NCBI GenBank assembly: GCA_048625195.1
Contig: JBMCRE010000003.1
Location: 5,341 to 69,340 of the forward strand
Length of the DNA: 64,000 nucleotides
Direction of reading: 5' to 3'
Origin: Nanobdellota archaeon
GTDB taxonomy: Archaea > Nanobdellota > Nanobdellia > Woesearchaeales > UBA583
The translations under genes were made by a program, and so were the position numbers. Positions 57,159 to 64,000 of the stretch are shown piece by piece (the first letter of the stretch is position 1; the number at the start of each line of letters is the position of its first letter). Under the pieces are notes generated by a model. That model worked only from the letters and a program-made list of their open reading frames with translations, did not search any database and was not told the origin of the DNA.

Positions 57159-57470
57159 TTAATTAATAGAATTATCTTTTAGCCACCTTGTACAAACATG
57201 AGACCAGTCTTCACGACATTCTTGTTTTAAGCAGAAATTTCCTTTTATATCAACTTTCTCTGAGAAGTAATAATCGCCATGTCCTTCGTCTCCCCCAAAA
57301 ATTCCTGGTTTTATATCTTCTGCTTTGTGCCAGATTCCGTTTGTGTCTCCCCAAACAATGCCTCCAACTATCAGAGAGCATAAAATTAAAATATTTGTAA
57401 TAAAATTAAATTTAAATACAAATTTTTTGTTTTTTTTGTGATTTTTCTTATTTATATTTTTCTTTTTCAT
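57159..57470 (-). CDS. Small membrane-anchored, Cys-containing protein (hypothetical)
   Basis: Lys-rich N-terminus, one TM (ITNILILCSLIVGGIVW), then a ~60-aa ectodomain with three Cys (FCLKQEC...HVC). The plus-strand ORF 57188..57400 is its shadow. Confidence 0.5.
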   Translation of the reverse strand: MKKKNINKKNHKKNKKFVFKFNFITNILILCSLIVGGIVWGDTNGIWHKAEDIKPGIFGGDEGHGDYYFSEKVDIKGNFCLKQECREDWSHVCTRWLKDNSIN

Positions 57471-57613
57471 AGTATTTTACTTGGAAGGTTGTTTATATTA
57501 TTTTTTTATCACTACCATATAGCAATAATATATTTTATCGATTTAGATTTGTTAATTTATATTGTTTGAAGATAAACTGGTTTTTATTATATTTTATAAT
57601 AAAAATTAGTTAC

Positions 57614-58729
57614 TTATTTTTTCTTTATTTTTTTTTGTTTGATTTTTTTTTCTAAAATATTTAATACATCTTGTGCAATTTGAGGAATATTCCACCTTTC
57701 TTTTTTTTTATCGTTGTAGATTTCATCAGATGTTCCAGGTGATATTTCTTTTTGAACATTTATTACATTGTTTGCATGAGAAATTAATGCCTTTATTTCT
57801 ATTTTATTTAAATGTCCACTATCTTTTTCTCCTATTGTTTTAAAGGTTAATTTTAAAGAATCATAATTGCTCATTTTAATAATTTTATTCATACTTTTAA
57901 TTGCAAAGTCTTGAATTAAATCAAAGTCTTCTGGGTATAATATAGATGCTCCCTGATATTCAATTGTATATTTTTCTTTTTCATTGCTTTTTTTATAAAG
58001 TCTAAATATATCTTTGTAAGAAATAACAGAGTATAATTTTTCTTCTTCATCTACAATTATAACAGATGGAAGATGTTTTTTTATCATTAATTCAATTAAT
58101 TCTTTGATTTTTTTATCTTTTGATATAGTGATAGGACGTGTATTAACAATGTTTTCGATATCTAAATTTAATATACTTTTAGAATGTTTTTTATTAGGTA
58201 GATTGCCCGTACTGTTTTGATCATATAGGTCTGTTATTAAAAAATCTATAGGTCTTACTTCGCCAATGACGTTTAATCCTTTTATTACAGGTAGTAGATT
58301 TATTCTTTTATTTAAAAATAAATTTCTAGCATTGGATAATTTGTCTTCTTGGTTTAATGCATATATTTCTTTTTTCTCAATATCTTTTATAGCCTTTTTA
58401 AGAAAGTCAGCTTCTTGATTTAGTATTTCTTCTAGAGCATTTAAAAAATCAAAATAATCATTATTGTATTGAATAACTCTATCTCCACTATCAATTAATA
58501 AATTAACTAATTTTGATGGATTGGTTTCTTGAGTTGTTGTTAATGGTTTTTTTAATCCTTTAAGTTTTTCGTTAATATTAGATGCTTTTAGTGCAATTAT
58601 TCTAATATCTACAAAAGATTCTGGAGTTGAATCCAAAATTATATAATGTGAGTTTTTCTTTTCTTTTACGCTTTTTAAAAAATTGTTTATTTTTTCGTCT
58701 TCTTTTACTTTAAAATAGTTTTTTAACAT
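57614..58729 (-). CDS. CBS-domain pair protein with uncharacterised flanking domains
   Basis: Two CBS-like units: ...ARNLFLNKRINLLPVIKGLNVIGEVRPIDFL and ELIELMIKKHLPSVIIVDEEEKLYSVISYKDIFRLY. Confidence 0.6.
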   Translation of the reverse strand: MLKNYFKVKEDEKINNFLKSVKEKKNSHYIILDSTPESFVDIRIIALKASNINEKLKGLKKPLTTTQETNPSKLVNLLIDSGDRVIQYNNDYFDFLNALEEILNQEADFLKKAIKDIEKKEIYALNQEDKLSNARNLFLNKRINLLPVIKGLNVIGEVRPIDFLITDLYDQNSTGNLPNKKHSKSILNLDIENIVNTRPITISKDKKIKELIELMIKKHLPSVIIVDEEEKLYSVISYKDIFRLYKKSNEKEKYTIEYQGASILYPEDFDLIQDFAIKSMNKIIKMSNYDSLKLTFKTIGEKDSGHLNKIEIKALISHANNVINVQKEISPGTSDEIYNDKKKERWNIPQIAQDVLNILEKKIKQKKIKKK

Positions 58730-59096
58730 TAAATTCCACCTCGTATTTATTATATATTTTTTAAAATTTATAAATATATGTTACAAAAGAAAAGGAATAC
58801 CATTATTTTGTTTTGTTTGTGGTTTTTGTATTTATATTATAAAATTAAATTGAATTTATAGGTTGATTTAATTTAGTATTATTTAACTTGTTTTATAATG
58901 TTATTTTAACTTTGATACTACAAAATTTTGAGTTAATTATTATTTATTTGTATTATAAAATATGTGGTTTGAATAGGTTATAATTAGAAACATTTAAAAA
59001 CCAATTACAATTCTATTTTAATTAAGTTATAGTTTAGATTGTATAAACTATTTTAATATATTTAAGATAAAAAGTATATAAAGGTATAAAATAAAA

Positions 59097-59201
59097 ATGA
59101 AAAGAAGTTCAAGAAGATGGAAGAAGAAAGGTCAAATGAGATGGAAGTGGCAAAAAAAGATTATGAGAGCAAGAAAGAGAAAATTAAAAAATAATAGATA
59201 A
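59097..59201 (+). CDS. rpl41e: Ribosomal protein L41e (eL41)
   Basis: 34 codons: MKRSSRRWKKKGQMRWKWQKKIMRARKRKLKNNR. It closely resembles archaeal L41e sequences as I remember them (..RKWKKKGRMRWKW.KKR.RRLKR..). It is below the ORF-track cutoff. Confidence 0.6.
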   Translation: MKRSSRRWKKKGQMRWKWQKKIMRARKRKLKNNR

Positions 59202-59209
59202 ATTTTGAG

Positions 59210-59764
59210 ATGAATAATTTAATTTTAAAAAAGCTTGATTTTCTTGATAAAAATCAAGATAATAATGAAAATAATTTTAATATTACTTGGAGTCAAGGTG
59301 TTTTTATTGAATACTTGGTTAATATAAAAAAGCCTAAAAATATTTTAGAGATTGGATGTGGAAATGGTTTTTCTACTTTGTGGATAGCAAAAGGATTGTT
59401 AAATTATAATTTTAATATTGATACAATAGATATCAATTCTCAAAAAATAGAGGCTGCAAAGAAGAATACGAAGTATTGTAAAATAAATGATAAAGTAAAT
59501 TTTTATATAGGAGATGTTTTTGAAGTGCTTTTAAAGTTGCAAAATAAAAGTTATGATTTTATTTTTATAGATAGTTGTCAAAAAGATTATACAAAAATAC
59601 TTGAAGAATTAAAAAGGTTAGAATTATTTGATGAAGATGTCACAATAGTTTTTGATAATATTTTTTCACATAAAATGAATTATTTTGTATCTGAGATGAA
59701 TAAGAGCTATTTTTGTGAAACTATTAATATAGGTGGAGGATTTTTAGTTTTAAAAATAAATTAA
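59210..59764 (+). CDS. O-methyltransferase family 3-like SAM-dependent methyltransferase
   Basis: ILEIGCGNGFSTLWIAKGL and YDFIFIDSCQKDY are typical of the YrrM/caffeoyl-CoA OMT-like family. Confidence 0.65.
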   Translation: MNNLILKKLDFLDKNQDNNENNFNITWSQGVFIEYLVNIKKPKNILEIGCGNGFSTLWIAKGLLNYNFNIDTIDINSQKIEAAKKNTKYCKINDKVNFYIGDVFEVLLKLQNKSYDFIFIDSCQKDYTKILEELKRLELFDEDVTIVFDNIFSHKMNYFVSEMNKSYFCETINIGGGFLVLKIN

Positions 59765-59813
59765 TATTTAATATTTTTTTTAAGTGATGAACTATTTAGT
59801 AGCAAGATTTATT

Positions 59814-61790
59814 TTATTTTTTAACTAATAATTCAAAATAATTATTATTTATTTTTTGGTTATATTTATGATAAACAGCTTGTATTGTATAGAGCTGAGG
59901 AGTTAATTTTATTTTTTTATCTTTTATTTTTAATATTGGATTATAAGGAAGGTTTTTAGGTTTAATTTTAGATATAGAATCAGATATGATTTTATTATTA
60001 TATTTGAATAAAGCATTTATTTTTTTTTTATTTGGTTTTAAATATTCTTTGTATGTAGGTTTTGATTCAAATTGGGGGATATTAATATTAAAGTTATATG
60101 GTAATTTTTGTTTATAATAAATATATGTTTCTTTTTTTTTTGAAATTTTATATGATAATATTATATCTTCTACTAATTGTTCATATTCTTTATTTATTTC
60201 ACAATATTGTTTTTGATTAGGAAATTCTTTAATATATGCATTAAAATTTTCTTGAATTTTGGTTGATGCATCTGAATTAAAGATGTATAAAATTTTATTT
60301 AAATTTAAAAGGCATAGTGTAATAAAGTATAAATCTTCAACGTTAGAGTGAAAAATTTTTTGCGATTGAATAATTTTATTGCAAATCTCTATACTCTTGT
60401 TTATTATTGTTGTTTGCGAGGGATATTTAGTAAAATTTTCTTCTGATTCTTTTAATGAGCTATATAAAGATAAATAATATTTTTCAGTGAATGTTTGTGG
60501 TCTTTTGTAGTATGGAGTTTTATTGTATTTTATAGAGTTTTCAATGATTATATTATTGATGTGATTAATTTTTTTTGTTAGTGAATGAATTTTATTATGT
60601 TGTATGTGTTGTTTTTGTAAAAGTATGGGAAATTCAATACTATTATTTAGAATTAGTTTTAAAATTAATTCTTGAACTGTATTAAATGTTATGGTTTTTG
60701 ATTCTGTTAGTGTTTCAATTGTTTGATTTAGATTTGGATGAAGATATCTGTTTTTGTATAAAACTTTTTCGCCTTCTATTGATTGTAGATATAAATTTTC
60801 AAATTTATTGATATTTAGTGTAAAGTTTACCCCAGTAATTTCTTTAAACGAGTTAGTATTTTCTATTTCTACATATTTTTGAGTATTAAGTGATTTCCAT
60901 ATTGGAAGAGGATATTTACCATGGTTTGTACTAAAATCGATTTTGTTTAATGATTTAATTACTGAAATTATTTTTTCTCTATTGAAATTTACGGTTTGAG
61001 ATTTTAATATTTTTTTTATTATATGATCTTTTTTGAAATCTATTATATAACAATTTTTAATGTCTGGATATATTTTTAAATTGTTAGGTTTATATATTTT
61101 GAATATTTTTTTTGTGTTTGAAGTTAATATGGGCTGTATGATGTTATTCATAGTTTTATTGTCATATATGTTTATAGTTGATTCTCTTATGTAGTTGTTT
61201 TTAATTAAAGGAATAAGAGGTAGATTTAAGTTTTTTGCAATTTTTAAGTGAGTTGATTTTAAGGTAGGTACAAAGTTTTCAACTTTTTGTGGATGTTTTA
61301 CAATATGGATTTTATTAAAAGGCATATTTTTTATTGAAAACAAATAATCTTTTATGTTTATCATAAGTTTTGGTTGTTTAAAATTGAAATAATAATTTTG
61401 GTTGAACAATTCTTTTGCTTTAATTTCTTTGATGTTGTTTTTGTTTATATTAAGAATATTATTTATTTTGTTGAGTAGTTTTTTGTCTGCGATGTAGATA
61501 TTGTTTTCAAAATTATTGTTTGTGGCATTAAATTCAATTAGAGGTGTGTTTTCTCCAATTATTATTGTATGACTGAGTAAGAAGTTGAGAGGTAGGTCTT
61601 CAATTAGTAAAATTTTATTATTTTCTAACTTAACTGGTACAACTATGATTTGTGTGTTTGAATAATCTTTTTTTATGTTGGTTGATTTTATTTCTTTATC
61701 TTTTAAAAAATTAGAAATTTTAATTTCTTCTTTTAAGTATCCTTGTTTTATTGTTTCGAAAATAAGTTTTAAATAAAGATCATTGTCCAT
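59814..61790 (-). CDS. Hypothetical 658-aa protein. It may be a catalytically eroded class Ia aminoacyl-tRNA-synthetase-like protein.
   Basis: A long intact ORF in stop-prone AT-rich DNA. There are faint collinear similarities to ValRS/IleRS/LeuRS landmarks (see the finding). No HIGH or KMSKS motif. Confidence 0.6.
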   Translation of the reverse strand: MDNDLYLKLIFETIKQGYLKEEIKISNFLKDKEIKSTNIKKDYSNTQIIVVPVKLENNKILLIEDLPLNFLLSHTIIIGENTPLIEFNATNNNFENNIYIADKKLLNKINNILNINKNNIKEIKAKELFNQNYYFNFKQPKLMINIKDYLFSIKNMPFNKIHIVKHPQKVENFVPTLKSTHLKIAKNLNLPLIPLIKNNYIRESTINIYDNKTMNNIIQPILTSNTKKIFKIYKPNNLKIYPDIKNCYIIDFKKDHIIKKILKSQTVNFNREKIISVIKSLNKIDFSTNHGKYPLPIWKSLNTQKYVEIENTNSFKEITGVNFTLNINKFENLYLQSIEGEKVLYKNRYLHPNLNQTIETLTESKTITFNTVQELILKLILNNSIEFPILLQKQHIQHNKIHSLTKKINHINNIIIENSIKYNKTPYYKRPQTFTEKYYLSLYSSLKESEENFTKYPSQTTIINKSIEICNKIIQSQKIFHSNVEDLYFITLCLLNLNKILYIFNSDASTKIQENFNAYIKEFPNQKQYCEINKEYEQLVEDIILSYKISKKKETYIYYKQKLPYNFNINIPQFESKPTYKEYLKPNKKKINALFKYNNKIISDSISKIKPKNLPYNPILKIKDKKIKLTPQLYTIQAVYHKYNQKINNNYFELLVKK

Positions 61791-62121
61791 TTTGATGTGT
61801 AATATCGTAGGTGTTTTTTGTTTTTTCTTTTATAGTGACTGGTTTTCCAAAATAATTTTTAGAATAAGAAGCTTGTTTTATTTGAGCTACTATGTTGTTT
61901 TCCTGGGTTTCTAGCTTTATATCATATGGATATTCGAGTTGTATTTTTGTATTATAATTAGTTGAGAGTGTTGCAATATATGATAGTTGTGAAGAGATTG
62001 CTTTGGTTTTTAGGTTATCTGTATCAGATACCATAAAGATTCCTCCTCCAATTATTAATAATAGACTTGCAATTATTGAGTATTCCACAATTTCTTCAAT
62101 TCCTAGGTTTATATCTACCAT
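61780..62121 (-). CDS. Hypothetical 113-aa protein with an N-terminal hydrophobic segment, overlapping the downstream ORF by 11 nt
   Basis: MVDINLGIEEIVEYSIIASLLLIIGGGIFMV... It is either a membrane/pilin-like leader or the degenerate N-terminal piece of the aaRS-like gene. Confidence 0.45.
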   Translation of the reverse strand: MVDINLGIEEIVEYSIIASLLLIIGGGIFMVSDTDNLKTKAISSQLSYIATLSTNYNTKIQLEYPYDIKLETQENNIVAQIKQASYSKNYFGKPVTIKEKTKNTYDITHQNGQ

Positions 62122-62296
62122 TTTATTTTTATTTTATAATATTATTATATATTTATTTATTACTGCTATATATGATATTTAGTTTCATTTCTTTATTAGT
62201 TTCTTGTTTTATTTTGAGGTAGTGAAATTTAATTAAAACTGTTTTTTTTTAAAGGTATTAAAAAGATTTAAAAAGAATTGTTGCGTTTTAATATAT

Positions 62297-63562
62297 ATGA
62301 CATTTAATTTTTTTGTGGCGAATCAATATTTTATAATTTTTATTATTTTTTTGTCAGTTTTTTTGATTTTCAAGAGGAAAAAATTAGAAATTCAAGGTTT
62401 TTTTCCGTTTTTCTATATGTTGATGTATAAAACGACTCTTGGATTGAAGAAAATGAAGTCATGGTCTCGTGATAATCCTAGGTTATTTTTATACTTGGCA
62501 TATTTTTCTTTTTTTGTTGGAGTTGTTGGATTAGTGTTTTCATTTTTTTTTATGTTTTATCAATTATATTTAATATTAGATTGGGATTTAACAACTGGTG
62601 GAGGATTGGTTTTGCCTATTCAAACTCAAAGTGGAACTATTGCTGGAATACCTGTTTTTGCACCTCCTTTTGTTGAATGGTTAATTGCTTTGGCAATTTT
62701 AGTTATTGTTCATGAATTTGCTCATGGAGTGATTGCACAAAGATTTAATATTAAAATAAAATCTTCAGGTTTTGCATTTGGTGGATTATTAGTTCCTATT
62801 TTACCTGCAGCGTTTGTTGAACCAGATGAAAAACAATTAAAAAAAAGTAAATGGTGGCATCAAATTAGTGTTTTTGGTGCAGGTTCTACTAGTAATTTTA
62901 TATTTGGTTTTTTATTTTTATTGATATTTTTATTTGTTGCAATTCCATTTACTACATCAACAATGCAAGTTGATAGAGTTAGTTTTGATGGTGTTATGAA
63001 TGATAGTTCTTTGTTCAATTATGGAATTGAAAGTGGAGATATTTTACAAATAAATGGTAGAAATATTTCAGAATATGATTTTGTTGTTTCAAATGGTCAA
63101 GGTCAGGGGCTTACAGATGTTATTTTTTTAGAAAATTTTTTGACATTAAAGCCAAATGAGAGTTTTAATTTGACTATTGATAATGGAAATTATACTAAAG
63201 TATATAATATTGATACCTTTCCAAGAGAAGATTTTAATGAATCAGGTATGATAGGAATTTGGAATGTTGAAACACATCTTGAAAGTAAAGAGGAATATTC
63301 TTATCTAGGTACTTTTCAATTGTTTTTTCAAAGATTATTGTTTTGGGTAGTTTTATTAAATATTGGTATTGGTTTGATGAATTTACTTCCATTATGGATT
63401 ACAGATGGAGGACAGATTACAAGAACATTATTATTTAGATATGTTAAAGATGAAAAAAAAGTTTATAGATATTTAAATATAGTTTGTTTTATTTCTTTAA
63501 TTACAATAATACTTTTAATATGGCCTAGTTTGCTTAGGATGATTGTTGGTGTATTTGTTTAA
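62297..63562 (+). CDS. Site-2 protease (peptidase M50) with a PDZ-like insert
   Basis: HEFAHG (HExxH) in a TM helix, NLLPLWITDGG (NxxPxxxxDG), and multiple TM helices. Confidence 0.85.
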   Translation: MTFNFFVANQYFIIFIIFLSVFLIFKRKKLEIQGFFPFFYMLMYKTTLGLKKMKSWSRDNPRLFLYLAYFSFFVGVVGLVFSFFFMFYQLYLILDWDLTTGGGLVLPIQTQSGTIAGIPVFAPPFVEWLIALAILVIVHEFAHGVIAQRFNIKIKSSGFAFGGLLVPILPAAFVEPDEKQLKKSKWWHQISVFGAGSTSNFIFGFLFLLIFLFVAIPFTTSTMQVDRVSFDGVMNDSSLFNYGIESGDILQINGRNISEYDFVVSNGQGQGLTDVIFLENFLTLKPNESFNLTIDNGNYTKVYNIDTFPREDFNESGMIGIWNVETHLESKEEYSYLGTFQLFFQRLLFWVVLLNIGIGLMNLLPLWITDGGQITRTLLFRYVKDEKKVYRYLNIVCFISLITIILLIWPSLLRMIVGVFV

Positions 63563-63850
63563 TTTTTTTGTTTTTATTTTATTTTCAAAATAATTTAAAT
63601 ATATTTTTAATAAAAGAATTATTGATTTTATAAATAATAAACAATATATTATTGAGAAATTCTAAATAAAAGGTTTTATATTTATTGTATATAGTTCAGA
63701 GAAGAAAAATGTTGTAAATAAAATAGTGTGATTAATTATTTTAGTATTATATTTTCAATTTTTAATTAAAAAGTTGTTTTGAAATTGTTTAATGTTTTAT
63801 ATATTTTTTTAAAAGAAAATTTTATAAAGTATTTATTTTAAATATTATAT

Positions 63851-64000
63851 ATGGTTAATTTCAAATTTAATAAAAAGTGTATATCTTTATATTTTCTTGT
63901 TATTTTAATTGTTAGTTTGGTTAGTTTAGTAGTTTTAATTTTTTTTATTACATCTGTTATGGAAGATTCTAAATATGATAATTCCATTATTGAGTGTCAA
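63851..64000 (+). CDS. Start of a membrane-anchored protein (truncated by the window end)
   Basis: ATG at 63851, then MVNFKFNKKCISLYFLVILIVSLVSLVVLIFFITSV..., open to the window end. Only 50 codons are visible. Confidence 0.35.
   Translation, partial: MVNFKFNKKCISLYFLVILIVSLVSLVVLIFFITSVMEDSKYDNSIIECQ

Noticed and set aside
61780-62121. 113-aa ORF considered as an archaeal type IV pilin (class III signal peptide: …NLG IEEIVEYSIIASLLLIIGGG)
   Set aside because: There is no basic residue before the Gly, no Gln/Ala at +1, and the rest of the protein does not resemble pilins. The alternative, a degenerate N-terminal part of the aaRS-like gene, is at least as plausible, so no pilin call was made.
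1-64000. Window-wide look for a CRISPR array, rRNA or tRNA genes, an integrase or transposase, a reverse transcriptase, or a DGR template/variable repeat pair targeting the surface protein
   Set aside because: No regularly spaced short repeats were found. There are no GC-rich cloverleaf-sized islands, no ORF with YxDD or DDE/tyrosine-recombinase motifs, and no second copy of any part of the surface-protein gene within the window. The absence is by eye only. tRNAscan, Infernal and a self dot-plot would be decisive.

Overview
This is a very AT-rich, densely coding window. No rRNA, tRNA, CRISPR array, integrase, transposase or reverse transcriptase could be recognised by eye. Archaeal hallmark genes are present: a PCNA sliding clamp, an AglB/STT3 oligosaccharyltransferase with a WWDFG motif, a GINS-like protein, a split transketolase and an unannotated ribosomal protein L41e. 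Together with small, fast-evolving proteins, these point to a small-genome (DPANN-like) archaeon; that assignment is inference.

The layout is as follows:
- 1-3008: 5' part of a giant surface protein.
- 3.2-8.6 kb: housekeeping genes, MazEF and a membrane Ser/Thr kinase.
- 8.8-17.3 kb: an accessory, decayed zone. It holds two GT4 glycosyltransferases, a DUF4258/DUF2283 pair, an ORF6N-PLD-like protein, a DUF3800 cassette inside a broken AlbA_2-type regulator gene, and four copies or remnants of a COG1373 (AAA+/DUF4143) ATPase.
- 17.5-27.4 kb: a tightly packed glycan-decoration locus with 3 methyltransferases, 2 GT4, a kinase-fold protein, a sulfotransferase, a flippase, a HEPN/MNT pair and a CysQ-APS kinase fusion.
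- 29-43 kb: core genes (PhoU-like, PCNA, AglB, TatD, SecD, Mpg) interrupted by an RHH plus AbiEi/AbiEii module.
- 43.4-47.8 kb: a six-gene stress module (PCMT, DUF1360, PEBP, BON, DUF2267, TrmB) bracketed by a near-identical 115-bp direct repeat.
- 48-64 kb: transketolase, glucokinase, UvrA, a CBS protein, L41e, an O-methyltransferase, a two-ORF locus that faintly resembles a catalytically eroded class Ia aminoacyl-tRNA synthetase, and a site-2 protease.

The most unusual observations are:
- A UvrA with a roughly 180-residue HAD/NT5C-like domain inserted between its two ABC halves.
- The aaRS-like pseudo-enzyme locus.
- The sulfation-capable glycan locus with a CysQ-CysC fusion, flanked by paralogous ATPases.
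- Two families of conserved intergenic repeats.

All family assignments rest on motif recognition by eye. No database search was run.
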